From an archaeon (GTDB lineage Archaea > B1Sed10-29 > WALL01), in the NCBI GenBank assembly GCA_042584585.1, contig JBHOSQ010000007.1, positions 1-61,128 of the forward strand: DNA of 61,128 nt, in the 5' to 3' direction. This document shows, in pieces, positions 8,621 to 19,604 of the stretch (its first letter is position 1; each line of letters starts with the position of its first letter). Under the pieces are notes generated by a model. It was not told the origin of the DNA. It was given only the letters and a program-made list of their open reading frames with translations, and ran no database searches. The position numbers and the translations under genes are program-made.

Positions 8621-10639
8621 ATGCGAAAGAGACTAAGGGGGGCCATCAATCCATTGTTTAGTGGAATAGGAAGTAACGAGCCTGGCTTAGTCGTCAAGTT
8701 TTATGCGAATCGTGTTTTGAAAAAGTGTGTTAAAAAAGGGCGCTTGGACAAAGAGAGCTTTGACAAATTGAAGGCGCTTAACAACCTGCGGGTCAATCGT
8801 GTTGTTGCGAGGTACATTCGGTTGCTTAAGCCGAAGAGAGTGGTGATAAGCGATGGCTCTCCGGAAGACATTGAGCGGATTCGGCGGAAGGCAATAAAAA
8901 ACGAAGAAGAGCTTCAGCTGGCGAGCAAGAAGCACACCGTCCACTACGATGGGCCTCAGGACCCGGCGCGTGCGGTACAGCAGACCGCGATAGTCGTGGA
9001 GAAGGGGATGAAGATTCCGTTCATAAGGACACGGGAGGAAGAAGATGCATTGGGGGAGGCGCACGATAGGCTGGACGGGATAATGAAGGGCAAGACTATG
9101 TACGTCCAGTTTCACTTGCTTGGCCCGGTGGGATGCAAGCACGCCATGCCCTGCATGCAAATCACTGACTCTGCGTATGTCCTACACAACGAAAACAAGT
9201 TGTACAACTCAGGGTACGAGGCGTTCAGGGGGAGGAGCAAGCCGTTCAACAAGCTTGTCCACAGCGCTGGAAGGCTGGTGAGGCTTGTCGACAAAATTAG
9301 CAAGGACATTTCCAAGCGCGGTATATACATCGACCTCGCCCGCAACACGGTCGTGAGCGTAAACACGCAGTACGGCGGTAACTCCATCGGCCTGAAAAAG
9401 CTGGCCATGCGGCTCGGCATATCCAAAGCGGACAGGGAGGGAGACTGGCTGATTGAGCACATGTTCTTGATGGCTTTGCCGGGAAAGAACGGCCGAAAGA
9501 CTTATTTTGCGGGGGCGTTCCCGTCCGCGTGCGGCAAGACGTCCACTGCGATGGTTGAGAGTGGAAAAATAATTGGGGACGACATTGCAATACTTTGGCC
9601 GGGAAAAGACGGCAAGCTGCACGGAGCAAACACCGAGATAGGGGTGTTTGGGATTATTGAGGGCGTCAACAAAAAAGACGACCCCATCATGTGGAAAGCC
9701 ATTCACGACAAAAACAACGAAGTAATCTTTTCCAATGTCCTGATGACGGAGGGCGGAAAACCGTATTGGCACAAAAGCGGGAAGCCGGTTCCACGCAAGG
9801 GGACAAACCTGTATGGCGAGTGGAACAGCACGAAAAAAGACAGGGACGGCAAGCTTATCCCGGCTTCACACAAAAACGCGAGGGTGACCGTTGGGCTGGA
9901 GGATTTGGACAACGTGGACTTGGAGGGGCTGCGGAACCCGGGTGGCGTGCCACTCGACGTGATTCTTTATGGGGGAAGAGACTACGAGGCCGCGGTGCCT
10001 GTGCAGGAGTCTTTTGGCTGGGAGCATGGGATGATGGCTTACGGGGCCGCGCTTGAGTCACAAGCCACAACCGCAACCCTCGGCCAGACAGGGATAAAGT
10101 TTGACCCGATGTCAATGATTGACTTCTTGCCCATTCCATTGGGGAGATACCTCAAGAACAACTTGAGAATCGGGAGAATCACGAAAAACCCGCCAAAGAT
10201 ATTTGGCGTCAACTATTTCCTTCAAGACCCCAAGGCCGCAGAAGATGCTCCGGAGGACAAGAAGTGGCTCAACTCAAAAAACGACAAGTTGGTGTGGCTG
10301 CGCTGGGCGGAGGCCCGCGTCCACGGGGAAGCCGGCGCAATAGTTGCACCGACCGGGCGGATACCAAAGTACGAAGACTTGAAGCGCTTGTTCAAGAAAG
10401 AGCTTGGCGTGGACTACAAAAAAGCGGACTACGAAAAGCAGTTCACGATTCGGGTCAACGAAACCCTCACAAAAATCCGGCGAGTCCGCAAAAAATACCG
10501 GGAAGAAGTGAAGGACACACCAAAAACCTTGTTCACAGTACTTGGCGAACAGGAAGAGCGGCTGGTCAAGGCCAGGAAAAAATACAAGGCGGACTATATC
10601 ACGCCGAAAATGCTTGTCGCCAACAAGATCAAAGCCTAG
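8621..10639 (+). CDS. pckG: GTP-dependent phosphoenolpyruvate carboxykinase
   Basis: YGGNSIGLKK, WLIEHM, GAFPSACGKT, IGDDIA, NVLMT, FGVNYF. Confidence 0.93.
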   Translation: MRKRLRGAINPLFSGIGSNEPGLVVKFYANRVLKKCVKKGRLDKESFDKLKALNNLRVNRVVARYIRLLKPKRVVISDGSPEDIERIRRKAIKNEEELQLASKKHTVHYDGPQDPARAVQQTAIVVEKGMKIPFIRTREEEDALGEAHDRLDGIMKGKTMYVQFHLLGPVGCKHAMPCMQITDSAYVLHNENKLYNSGYEAFRGRSKPFNKLVHSAGRLVRLVDKISKDISKRGIYIDLARNTVVSVNTQYGGNSIGLKKLAMRLGISKADREGDWLIEHMFLMALPGKNGRKTYFAGAFPSACGKTSTAMVESGKIIGDDIAILWPGKDGKLHGANTEIGVFGIIEGVNKKDDPIMWKAIHDKNNEVIFSNVLMTEGGKPYWHKSGKPVPRKGTNLYGEWNSTKKDRDGKLIPASHKNARVTVGLEDLDNVDLEGLRNPGGVPLDVILYGGRDYEAAVPVQESFGWEHGMMAYGAALESQATTATLGQTGIKFDPMSMIDFLPIPLGRYLKNNLRIGRITKNPPKIFGVNYFLQDPKAAEDAPEDKKWLNSKNDKLVWLRWAEARVHGEAGAIVAPTGRIPKYEDLKRLFKKELGVDYKKADYEKQFTIRVNETLTKIRRVRKKYREEVKDTPKTLFTVLGEQEERLVKARKKYKADYITPKMLVANKIKA

Positions 10640-11441
10640 CCGCTTCTTGCTTCAGTTCTTTTGCTTTTCTGGGGGACAGCTTGGCGCGTGCCTTGAGCTT
10701 GGCTTCGCTGAGCCCACGCAACTGCTTTATCGTTACAATGTTTGCCTTCAGCAAGTTCTCGCGGCTGCGCTCGTCAAGCGACTGGAGTATGGTCACGGGG
10801 TAAAGCTTTTGCCTGTCGATTAATTCTTCGAGGCTTCCCTTCACCGGGTAGTTCCAGCCGAGGAGCTTCAGGCCCCTGCATTGGGAGTAGTCAATCAAGT
10901 CGCCTGTGAACTTTGTGTTGGTGACGAGCCACGGCTCCGTGAACTTTTCCTGACCCTCCGTCAAGTCAAGGAATCGGGCGAACGTGTACAACCCGGTCTG
11001 CACGTGGCACCGCACGCCTTGGTGATTGTGGAACTTGCACTCGATCATGGCGCGCTCGCCGGACTTGGCGGCGTCGACGTCGACCTCGTGCTTGACGCAG
11101 CGACCGTGGAGAATTTGGCTGGTCGTGCACTGGTAGCCCAGTACGGTGAAGAGCGCGGCGGTGTATTGCTCGAACGCGTACCCCGCTGGGCCGAGCCGGA
11201 ACATTGCCCGCTTCAGGTCGAACCTGGACGCAAGCGCGGGCCGCTCCTTGTTCAGCTGCTTGAACGTCATCGCAAAAATCTTTTTGGTGCTCATGCCTGG
11301 CTTGACGCGGGAAGCGATGTTTTTCACTATTTTGTCTGCGGTGTCTTCGCCCGCGCCCGCACGCATCAAGGCGTGGTGGACTTTTGACGGGTCGAATGCC
11401 TCGACCTCGCCCGACGCCTTGACAATCAAAACCTTGCGCAT
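10629..11441 (-). CDS. ATP-cone domain fused to Mrr-like PD-(D/E)xK restriction endonuclease domain
   Basis: N-terminal IVKASGEVEAFDPSKV (ATP cone); GYAFEQY...HEVDV...MIECKFH...VTNTKFT (Mrr_cat-like). Confidence 0.8.
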   Translation of the reverse strand: MRKVLIVKASGEVEAFDPSKVHHALMRAGAGEDTADKIVKNIASRVKPGMSTKKIFAMTFKQLNKERPALASRFDLKRAMFRLGPAGYAFEQYTAALFTVLGYQCTTSQILHGRCVKHEVDVDAAKSGERAMIECKFHNHQGVRCHVQTGLYTFARFLDLTEGQEKFTEPWLVTNTKFTGDLIDYSQCRGLKLLGWNYPVKGSLEELIDRQKLYPVTILQSLDERSRENLLKANIVTIKQLRGLSEAKLKARAKLSPRKAKELKQEAARL

Positions 11442-11510
11442 GAATAGCGCTACTGCGTGGTTGTAAAAAAGGGTTTCGGTCGCCTGACATGCGGGAAGGC
11501 GGGTCGCCGT

Positions 11511-12272
11511 TCACACAATCGTGACTTTTGTCATGGTCACGGCTTCGACCGGCCGGTCGCTTTCGCCTGTTTTTACTGCGCCAATGGCGTCAAGCACGTC
11601 TATTCCCTCGACGACCGCGCCGAACACGGCGTGGTGGTTGTCTAGCCACGGAGTCGGGGCAAGCGTGATAAAGAACTGTGAGCCGCCAGTGTTGGGCCCC
11701 GCGTTGGCCATGGACAAAATGCCTTTGGCGTCGTGCGTTAGTTCGGAGTGGAACTCGTCGTCAATGTTGTAGCCGGGCCCCCCGGTGCCGTCCCCCTTGG
11801 GGTCGCCACCCTGTATCATGAAGCCCTCGATGACGCGGTGGAACACGAGCCCGTTGTAGAACCCTTTTTCGATTAGGTCAATAAAGTTTTTCGTTGTCCG
11901 TGGCGCGCGCTGCTCGTAGAGCTCGATTTTCATCGTGCCCATGTTGGTTTCAATAACTGCAAATCTGTTTGGCATTTGTTCACCTTCTGGAATCCATTCG
12001 CTTGTACCTAAGTCATCAGGGCTGGGTGTTGCTGCTAGCCCATCTGGGGGAGTGATGCCGGTACTGGCATCACTCCCAGATTCTGTGTTCTGGACGCACT
12101 TTACGGTGGAACTTGTTACGGCTAGCTTTTCCGTGCCTTCGGGACATTGGGCGAGGTAAGTCGAGTTTTGTGTGCATGTTTCTCCGGTCCCGCAATTGAA
12201 GTACGTGACAGGCGCTTCTTCGACACATCCCGCGAGTAACACAAGCAACAGTATGACAGCAAGCCGCTTCAT
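11511..12272 (-). CDS. Cyclophilin-type peptidyl-prolyl isomerase with N-terminal lipoprotein signal and Cys-containing linker
   Basis: LLAGC lipobox; FHRVIEGFMIQGGDP, SMANAGPNTGGSQFFIT. Confidence 0.92.
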   Translation of the reverse strand: MKRLAVILLLVLLAGCVEEAPVTYFNCGTGETCTQNSTYLAQCPEGTEKLAVTSSTVKCVQNTESGSDASTGITPPDGLAATPSPDDLGTSEWIPEGEQMPNRFAVIETNMGTMKIELYEQRAPRTTKNFIDLIEKGFYNGLVFHRVIEGFMIQGGDPKGDGTGGPGYNIDDEFHSELTHDAKGILSMANAGPNTGGSQFFITLAPTPWLDNHHAVFGAVVEGIDVLDAIGAVKTGESDRPVEAVTMTKVTIV

Positions 12273-12316
12273 GGAGCCGTTAATACGAAGAAGTGGTTTA
12301 AAAGCATAAGGTTTTC

Positions 12317-12357
12317 TGGCCTATGGGGGGGCGCCAATTGGCGCCCCCCTAGTCCTT
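12317..12357. repeat. 41-bp GC-rich hairpin element, copy B
   Basis: TGGCCTATGGGGGGGCGCC-AATT-GGCGCCCCCCTAGTCCTT. Confidence 0.8.
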
Positions 12358-12400
12358 GCCGAGCGGAAGGCTTTTTTATATGAAGCGAATAATTCGTTGC

Positions 12401-12646
12401 ATGGCAAAGAAAAAGGCTCGTAAACGGTCTTCGTCGAAGACAAAGACCAAGCCAGCTATGGTGCCCAGGGTGTGGGAGGCGATTCTGGTGTTTGTTGCGG
12501 TGGCTGTGTACGCGTGGTTCGTGGTGAACATGGTCTTGAACCCGTCGCTCTTGCTGGACCCCGTGTTCGCGCTTGTTGTTGGCGTGTGTGGCTTTTCCCT
12601 GCTGTTCATCGCGTGCTTTTACGCGTACAAACTGTGGGTGAAATAG
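12401..12646 (+). CDS. Small 2-TM membrane protein with basic N-terminus
   Basis: MAKKKARK... followed by two hydrophobic helices; TATA (TTTTATA) about 20 nt upstream. Confidence 0.65.
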   Translation: MAKKKARKRSSSKTKTKPAMVPRVWEAILVFVAVAVYAWFVVNMVLNPSLLLDPVFALVVGVCGFSLLFIACFYAYKLWVK

Positions 12647-12649
12647 GGG

Positions 12650-12799
12650 ATGTCCACGTGCCCCAAGTGCGACAAAGAAGTCAGTGAAGGACAGCTGAAG
12701 CACTGCACGTGGTGTGGTGTGGTCACTGGATGCCTCAACTGCGAGACTTTCGGCGGCAAATACTGCTCCGAAGAATGCAAGCAAAAGGCTGGCGGGTAG
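12650..12799 (+). CDS. 49-aa Cys-rich double zinc-finger microprotein
   Basis: Hand translation: MSTCPKCDKEVSEGQLKHCTWCGVVTGCLNCETFGGKYCSEECKQKAGG; four Cys pairs; starts 3 nt after the upstream stop. Confidence 0.7.
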   Translation: MSTCPKCDKEVSEGQLKHCTWCGVVTGCLNCETFGGKYCSEECKQKAGG

Positions 12800-12812
12800 G
12801 CGGCGAGAGAAG

Positions 12813-13115
12813 TCAGAGGCCCTGAAGCTTTTCGTACAGCGCGTCTTCGCAGTCGTTTAGGGTATCAAAGGTCTTTAGCCCAGGGTAGCCGTATGGGCCA
12901 CAGAACTTTTTGGTGTTGCACGCGGTGGAGTCGTGGTCGAGCCACACGCGGGTCTCGCACGTGCCAGGCGGCAGCGGGGGCTCTATTTCGGGCGTGGTCG
13001 TGGGAATCGTGATGTCTTTTGGGCCTGCCACTGCTTCGGCGGGGCCTGCGTCTATCGCGGTGCATCCTGCGACGAGCACCAGTGCGGCGGCCAAAAGCAG
13101 CGCGGAATAGTTCAT
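12813..13115 (-). CDS. Putative lipoprotein with 4 Cys in mature domain
   Basis: MNYSALLLAAALVLVAGC lipobox, Pro/Thr linker, small Cys domain. Confidence 0.7.
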   Translation of the reverse strand: MNYSALLLAAALVLVAGCTAIDAGPAEAVAGPKDITIPTTTPEIEPPLPPGTCETRVWLDHDSTACNTKKFCGPYGYPGLKTFDTLNDCEDALYEKLQGL

Positions 13116-13204
13116 GGGGATGGCTACTCGCCACTGGTTTAAAAAACTGACCGCACCCAAACTATTTTAAGCGGGTTCTGTCAAATAAAGCCAGGGTTTT
13201 TACC

Positions 13205-14278
13205 ATTAAGGCAGTACTAGTGCTGGAAGACGGAAGTGTCTGGGAAGGCAAGGGCTTTGGCGCACTCGCCACGGTTTCTGGAGAAGTTGTGTTCAACACG
13301 GGCATGGTCGGCTACACCGAGTCAATCACTGACCCATCCTACTACGGCCAAATCCTGTGCCAGACCTACCCCTTGATTGGCAACTACGGCGTGTCCAGCA
13401 AGGGCTTTGAGTCCGATGGCCCGAAAATCACGGGCCACGTCGTCAGTGAATTGTGCAACCAGCCGTCGCACTCCACGTCAGAAAAGACTTTGGACGCGTG
13501 GCTCAAGGAAAACAATGTCCCTGGCATCAGCGGCATCGACACCCGTGCCTTGACGAAGCGGCTTCGCGTGCACGGAGTCATGCGCGGGATAGTCCAGACG
13601 TTCGAGGGCCGTGTGGACGTGGAAGCGCTGAAGGAAGACGCGAAGTACATTCCCGACCCCAACACGCGGAACCTCGTGGCGGAAGTCACTGTGAAAGAGA
13701 CAAAAGTGTACGGCGACGGGGACAAGACCGTTGTGTTAATCGATTGCGGCGCCAAGGAAAACATTGTGCATGCATTGGTGCGGCGCGGGGCCAAGGTCGT
13801 TCGGGTTCCGGCAAGCGCGACGCGCAAGGAAATAATGTCGCACAACCCCGGTGGCGTGATGGTCTCGAACGGGCCGGGCGACCCCAAGCAATGCAGGGAC
13901 ACCATCAACACGGTCAAGGGATTGATGGACGAGGAAGTGCCGCTGTTCGGGATTTGCCTCGGCAACCAAATACTTGCGTTGGCGTCGGGGGCTGACACTT
14001 ACAAGCTTAAGTTCGGGCACCGCAGCCAAAACCAGCCGTGTTTGGAGGCGGGCACGAAGAGGGCGTTCATCACGACCCAGAACCATGGGTTTGCGGTTGA
14101 CGTGGACTCGCTGCCAAAGGACTGGCGGATTTGGTTCACGAACGCCAACGACGGGACGAACGAGGGAAACATCCACCGCAGCAAGCCGTGGATGAGCGTG
14201 CAGTTCCACCCCGAGGCACGGCCCGGGCCGGTGGACACTGAGTTCTTGTTCGACAAGTTCCTGGAGGGAGTGAAATGA
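13205..14278 (+). CDS. carA: Carbamoyl-phosphate synthase small subunit (start probably ATT 13205; first canonical start GTG 13220)
   Basis: KAVLVLEDG, GEVVFNTGMVGY, SNGPGDP, FGICLG, QNHGF, VQFHPE. Confidence 0.95.
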   Translation: MKAVLVLEDGSVWEGKGFGALATVSGEVVFNTGMVGYTESITDPSYYGQILCQTYPLIGNYGVSSKGFESDGPKITGHVVSELCNQPSHSTSEKTLDAWLKENNVPGISGIDTRALTKRLRVHGVMRGIVQTFEGRVDVEALKEDAKYIPDPNTRNLVAEVTVKETKVYGDGDKTVVLIDCGAKENIVHALVRRGAKVVRVPASATRKEIMSHNPGGVMVSNGPGDPKQCRDTINTVKGLMDEEVPLFGICLGNQILALASGADTYKLKFGHRSQNQPCLEAGTKRAFITTQNHGFAVDVDSLPKDWRIWFTNANDGTNEGNIHRSKPWMSVQFHPEARPGPVDTEFLFDKFLEGVK

Positions 14279-17200
14279 AAAAGGTTTTGCTCCTCGGCAG
14301 CGGCGCGCTGAAGATCGGTGAGGCCGGAGAGTTTGACTACTCGGGCAGCCAGGCAATTAAGGCCTTGAAGGAAGAGGACATTGAAGTCGTCCTCATCAAC
14401 CCGAACATCGCGACGGTGCAGACGTCAAAAGGGCTGGCAGATCGGGTTTACTTTTTGCCGGTGACTCCGGAGTTCGTCGAGAAAGTGATTGAGAAGGAAA
14501 AGCCTGACTCGATTTTGCTGTCGTTCGGGGGACAGACCGCACTGAACTGCGGCGTGGATTTGTGGAAGAACGGCGTGCTGGAAAAGCACGGCGTGAAGGT
14601 CTTGGGCACTCCCGTGGAAGCGATTGAAAACACCGAGGACAGGGAATTGTTCAACCAGTTGCTGGCCGAGGTAGACTTGAAGACCGCGCGCGGGGTTGCG
14701 GTCAAAAATGTGGAGGACGGCGCCAAGGCGGCGAACGAGATTGGCTACCCGGTCATGACGCGGGTTGCGTACGCGCTCGGTGGAAAAGGGAGCGGGGTCG
14801 CGCGCGACGAAAAGGAGTTGCGGGAGAGCCTAAAGCAGGCGTTCACGTCCGCGCCGCAGATATTGATTGAGGAGTACTTGGGGGGATGGAAAGAGATTGA
14901 GTACGAGGTGGTGCGGGACTGTGAGGGCAACTGCATTACCGTGTGCAACATGGAGAACTTTGACCCCATGGGAATCCACACTGGGGAAAGCATTGTGGTC
15001 GCGCCGTCGCAGACACTGACGAACGACGAGTACCACATGCTTAGGGAAGTTTCGATAAGGGCCATCCAGCGGATAGGGATTGTCGGCGAGGGAAACATTC
15101 AGTTCGCGCTTAACCCGGAGAACGGGGATTACAGGATTATTGAGGTCAATGCCCGGTTGTCGCGGAGCTCTGCGCTGGCGAGCAAGGCGACCGGCTACCC
15201 GCTGGCGTTTGTCGCGGCGAAGCTGGGTTTGGGGTATACGCTGCCCGAGCTCACGAACTCCGTGACGCAGAGCACGGCGGCGTGCTTTGAGCCCGCGCTG
15301 GACTACATCGTGGTCAAGATGCCGCGGTGGGACTTGAAGAAGTTCAGGCGCGTGTCGACACGGATTGGCTCCGAGATGAAGTCCGTGGGCGAAGTGATGG
15401 CGATTGGCAGGACGTTTGAGGAAGCGCTGCAGAAGGCGGCGAGGATGCTTCACATCGGGATGTATGGTGTGGTGTGCAACGAGAATTATTCTTTCACCAG
15501 CCTGGAGGAGGAGCTGGAATACCCGTCTGACGAGAGGCTGTTCGGCGTGGCCGAGGCGATGCGGAAGGGCAGGTCAATCGAGGAAATCCACGGGCTCTCG
15601 AAGATCAACCGGTGGTTCCTTTACAAGATAAAGGGCATTGTGGACATGGAGGCGCAGCTGTCGAAGTACAAATTGGACGAGCTGACGCGGGCCGTGCTTC
15701 TTGATGCGAAGCAGAAAGGGTTTTCGGACAAGCAAATCGCAATCATTACCGGGACGGACGAGTTGGCGGCGAGGGAGCGGCGGCTTTTCCTTGGCGTGAC
15801 GCCGGTGGTGAAGCAGATTGACACTTTGGCGGCGGAGTATCCCGCGAAGACCAATTACTTGTACGTGACGTACAGCGGGATCGAGGACGACGTCGAGTTC
15901 GGCGGCGAAAACAAGGTCATGGTCCTAGGATCCGGGCCGTACAGCATCGGGTCGTCGGTGGAGTTCGACTGGTGCTGTGTGAGCGCGGTCGAGACCTTGA
16001 AGCGCTTGGGCTACACGACGCTGATGGTAAACTATAACCCGGAGACCGTGTCGACTGATTACGATATTTGTGACAAGCTTTATTTTGACGAGCTCAGCTT
16101 CGAGCGCGTGATGGACATTTACGAAAAAGAAAGCCCGAAGGGCGTGTTGCTGTCGATGGGTGGGCAAATCCCCAACAATATTGCGCTGAAGTGCCACAAG
16201 GCAGGTGTAAAGGTCCTTGGCACTTCTCCCGAAGACATTGACCGCGCGGAGGACCGAAACAAGTTTTCGAAGCTTTTGGACACGCTTGGCGTGGACCAGC
16301 CACAGTGGAAGGAATTGAAGACCATGGGCGAGGCAAAGGGATTCGCCGACGCGGTTGGTTACCCCGTGCTGGTGAGGCCGTCGTATGTGTTGAGCGGCGC
16401 GGCGATGACCGTGGTGCTTGACGACGATGACCTGGAAAAGTACTTGGCCAAGGCGTCGACTGTTTCGCCGGACCACCCCGTGGTAATCAGCAAGTTCATT
16501 CTGAACGCCAAGGAAATCGAGATGGACGCGGTGGCGAACAAGGGCGAAGTGGTTACGTCCGCGATTGTGGAGCACATCGAGAACGCGGGCGTGCACTCGG
16601 GCGATGCCACGATGGTTATGCCCCCGCAGAAGACTTACATTGAGACCGTGCGGCGCATCAGGAAAACGGGCGAAAAGATTGCCAAGGCGCTGAGCATTAC
16701 GGGGCCGTTTAACATTCAGTTCATCGCGAAGGACAACGACATCAAGGTGATTGAGTGCAACTTGCGCTCGTCGAGGTCGTTCCCGTTCGTGTCGAAGGTG
16801 TCTGGCGTGAACTTTGTGGAGCTCGCGACGAAGGCCATGGTCGGCCGGAACGTGAAGAGCACTAAGTCGACGCTTGACATGGACTACGTCGGGGTGAAGG
16901 CGCCGCAGTTTTCGTTCTCGCGGCTTAAGGGGGCTGACCCGGTGACTGGCGTGGAAATGGCGTCTACCGGTGAGGTGGGGTGCCTGGGGGACAATGTTTA
17001 CGAGGCTTTCCTGAAGTCGATTCTGTCGACGGGGTACAAGCTGCCGAAGGAAAACGTGCTAATCAGCCTTGGGGGCGAGGAGAACAAGCACCGGTTCCTG
17101 AAGTATACGGCGAGGCTGAAGAAAATGGGGTTCAGCATCTTCGCGACCGAGCACACGAGCGAGTTCTTGAGCGAGCACGGGGTGGAGAACACGATGGTGT

Positions 17201-17445
17201 ACAAGGCGCACGAGGACAAGGCGCCGAACACCATGGACTACATCAAGAACGGAAAGATTGAGCTGGTGGTGTCTATCCCGGACTCTAGGAAACAGAATGC
17301 TTTTGACAGCGCTTATTCACTAAGGAGGACCGCGGCAGACTTTTCCGTGCCCTTGGTGACGAACCTCCAGATTGCGAAGCTGTTCGTTACCGCGCTTGTG
17401 AGCAAAACCACTCTTGAGGTAAAGCCTTGGAGCGACTACAGCTAA
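14275..17445 (+). CDS. carB: Carbamoyl-phosphate synthase large subunit
   Basis: [37 protein letters not shown], two ATP-grasp halves and MGS domain. Confidence 0.97.
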   Translation: MKKVLLLGSGALKIGEAGEFDYSGSQAIKALKEEDIEVVLINPNIATVQTSKGLADRVYFLPVTPEFVEKVIEKEKPDSILLSFGGQTALNCGVDLWKNGVLEKHGVKVLGTPVEAIENTEDRELFNQLLAEVDLKTARGVAVKNVEDGAKAANEIGYPVMTRVAYALGGKGSGVARDEKELRESLKQAFTSAPQILIEEYLGGWKEIEYEVVRDCEGNCITVCNMENFDPMGIHTGESIVVAPSQTLTNDEYHMLREVSIRAIQRIGIVGEGNIQFALNPENGDYRIIEVNARLSRSSALASKATGYPLAFVAAKLGLGYTLPELTNSVTQSTAACFEPALDYIVVKMPRWDLKKFRRVSTRIGSEMKSVGEVMAIGRTFEEALQKAARMLHIGMYGVVCNENYSFTSLEEELEYPSDERLFGVAEAMRKGRSIEEIHGLSKINRWFLYKIKGIVDMEAQLSKYKLDELTRAVLLDAKQKGFSDKQIAIITGTDELAARERRLFLGVTPVVKQIDTLAAEYPAKTNYLYVTYSGIEDDVEFGGENKVMVLGSGPYSIGSSVEFDWCCVSAVETLKRLGYTTLMVNYNPETVSTDYDICDKLYFDELSFERVMDIYEKESPKGVLLSMGGQIPNNIALKCHKAGVKVLGTSPEDIDRAEDRNKFSKLLDTLGVDQPQWKELKTMGEAKGFADAVGYPVLVRPSYVLSGAAMTVVLDDDDLEKYLAKASTVSPDHPVVISKFILNAKEIEMDAVANKGEVVTSAIVEHIENAGVHSGDATMVMPPQKTYIETVRRIRKTGEKIAKALSITGPFNIQFIAKDNDIKVIECNLRSSRSFPFVSKVSGVNFVELATKAMVGRNVKSTKSTLDMDYVGVKAPQFSFSRLKGADPVTGVEMASTGEVGCLGDNVYEAFLKSILSTGYKLPKENVLISLGGEENKHRFLKYTARLKKMGFSIFATEHTSEFLSEHGVENTMVYKAHEDKAPNTMDYIKNGKIELVVSIPDSRKQNAFDSAYSLRRTAADFSVPLVTNLQIAKLFVTALVSKTTLEVKPWSDYS

Positions 17446-19601
17446 AGCTTTTTCACTTTGAGCAGCAGCGAGTTCGTGACCACTGACACTGAGCTCAGGG
17501 CCATGGCTGCCCCCGCAAGCATTGGGTTCAGCATGCCCAGTGCCGCAACGGGTATGCCAATTGAATTATAGAAAAGCGCCCAGAACATGTTCTGCCTGAT
17601 TTTCGACATCGTCATTCGGCTCAAGCGGATTGCTTTCGGCACGTCCAGCAAGTCGTCCTTCATCAGCACAATATTGCCGGTCTCCATCGCCACGTCGGTC
17701 CCGCTGCCCATCGCAATTCCGATGTCCGCCTGCGCAAGCGCAGGGGCGTCGTTGATTCCGTCGCCAACCATCGCGACCTTGCCTTTTGCCTGGAGCTTCT
17801 TGACGTAGCCCGCCTTTTCCCCGGGCAAGACACTGGCAAACACGTTTTTGATGCCTGCCTGCTTGGCGATTGCATTCGCCGTGCGCTCATTGTCCCCAGT
17901 AATCAAGTATACGTCCACCTTCATTGCCTGCAGCGCTTCCACAGCCCTTCTTGAAGTGGCTTTGATTGTGTCCGCGACCGCCACGGCGCCCAGCACGCTC
18001 TTGCCGCTCGCCAGAACCATCGCAGTCTTCCCCTCTCCCTCCAGGCGGCGCACGTCTGCACGCACAGGCGCGGTGTCAATACCATGCTTTTCCATGAGCT
18101 TTTCGTTCCCGAACAAGTACACGGCCTTGCCAAGCTTGGCGGAAACGCCGTGTCCGGGCACTGCCTCAAAATTAGTGGCCTTGCCCAAAACAATCTTCCG
18201 CTGCTTGGCCTCGTTGACTATTGCCTCGGCCAGCGGGTGCTCGGACAATTGCTCGATGCTCGCCGCGGCCTGAAGCACTTTCTTTTCGTCGCCCAGGACG
18301 TCAGTGACTGCCGGCACGCCTTCGGTAATTGTCCCTGTCTTGTCGAAAATAACGTATTTTATTTCGTGCGCGGTCTCAAGCGCGTCGCCGCCCTTGATGA
18401 GGATTCCGTTCTTCGCCCCTTTGCCGGTGCCGACCATAATGGCGGTGGGCGTGGCAAGGCCAAGCGCGCACGGGCACGCCACGACCAAAACAGCGACGGA
18501 CGCCAGCAACGCAAAGGAGAAGGGCTTGCCCATCACGAAGAACCATGCGGAAAAGGTCAGCACCGCGATTGCAATAACTGCCGGCACGAAGTAGGACGAC
18601 ACGACGTCCGCAAAGCGCTGGATTGGTGCCTTGCGGGTCTGTGCGTCCTCGATTAATTGGATTATGTGGGCGAGTGTCGTGTCCGTGCCCACTTTTTCTG
18701 CGCGAAACCTGAAGCTGCCTACCTTGTTCATGGTCGCGCCGACCACCAAGTCGCCCACTCCCTTTTCGACGGGAATGCTTTCCCCGGTAATCATGCTTTC
18801 GTCGACTGCGGAGTGGCCCTCGACTATGGTGCCGCCGACCGGGACTTTTTCTCCGGGCCGCACGAGCACAATGTCGCCAACGACAACGTCGTCGACGGGA
18901 ATGCGCATTTCCTTGCCCCCCCGCAAAACTGTCGCGATTTTCGGCGACAAGCCCATCAGGCGCTTGATTGCCTCGGACGTTTTTCCTTTGGCGATTTCTT
19001 CGAGCAGCTTGCCGAAGACGATGAACGTGATTAGGATTGCTGATGCCTCGAAGTATTGGCCCATCCCCGGCGAGAACAGGACCAGGTAAACGCTGTAAAA
19101 GTACGCGGCGGTCGTGCCCATTGCAATCAAGGAGTCCATGTTCGCGCTGCGGTTCTTCAGCGCAGCCCACGTGCCCTTGTAGAACTGCCAGCCCACGATG
19201 AACTGTACCGGGGTGGCAAGCGCCCACAAAATGTAGTCCTCGTACGGGACTTCTATCCCGAGCCACATGAACACCATGCCGATTATGAACGCCGGCACGG
19301 CAAACGCGAGGCTGAAGAAGAAGCGATGCTTCAGGCGCTTCAGCTCTGTTTCCCGGCGCTTCGTTTCCTTGTCGAGTGTTGGCGCGCCGGTGATGACTGA
19401 CGCTGTGTAGCCTGCGCCGATAATGGTATCGAGAATGCTTTTTTCGGTGGCCTTGGCGGGGTCGAAAGAAACCGTGGCCTTGTTGGTCGCTAGGTTGACG
19501 ACCGCGCTTTCCACGCCGCCGAGCTTCCCCAGCCGCTTTTCAACTAGGACTACGCAGCTCTGGCAGTGCATGCCGCCAACAGTAACGTCAAGCTTTTTCA
19601 T
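17442..19601 (-). CDS. copA: Copper-translocating P1B-type ATPase
   Basis: [33 protein letters not shown] and MALSS motifs. Confidence 0.95.
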   Translation of the reverse strand: MKKLDVTVGGMHCQSCVVLVEKRLGKLGGVESAVVNLATNKATVSFDPAKATEKSILDTIIGAGYTASVITGAPTLDKETKRRETELKRLKHRFFFSLAFAVPAFIIGMVFMWLGIEVPYEDYILWALATPVQFIVGWQFYKGTWAALKNRSANMDSLIAMGTTAAYFYSVYLVLFSPGMGQYFEASAILITFIVFGKLLEEIAKGKTSEAIKRLMGLSPKIATVLRGGKEMRIPVDDVVVGDIVLVRPGEKVPVGGTIVEGHSAVDESMITGESIPVEKGVGDLVVGATMNKVGSFRFRAEKVGTDTTLAHIIQLIEDAQTRKAPIQRFADVVSSYFVPAVIAIAVLTFSAWFFVMGKPFSFALLASVAVLVVACPCALGLATPTAIMVGTGKGAKNGILIKGGDALETAHEIKYVIFDKTGTITEGVPAVTDVLGDEKKVLQAAASIEQLSEHPLAEAIVNEAKQRKIVLGKATNFEAVPGHGVSAKLGKAVYLFGNEKLMEKHGIDTAPVRADVRRLEGEGKTAMVLASGKSVLGAVAVADTIKATSRRAVEALQAMKVDVYLITGDNERTANAIAKQAGIKNVFASVLPGEKAGYVKKLQAKGKVAMVGDGINDAPALAQADIGIAMGSGTDVAMETGNIVLMKDDLLDVPKAIRLSRMTMSKIRQNMFWALFYNSIGIPVAALGMLNPMLAGAAMALSSVSVVTNSLLLKVKKL

Positions 19602-19604
19602 TTT

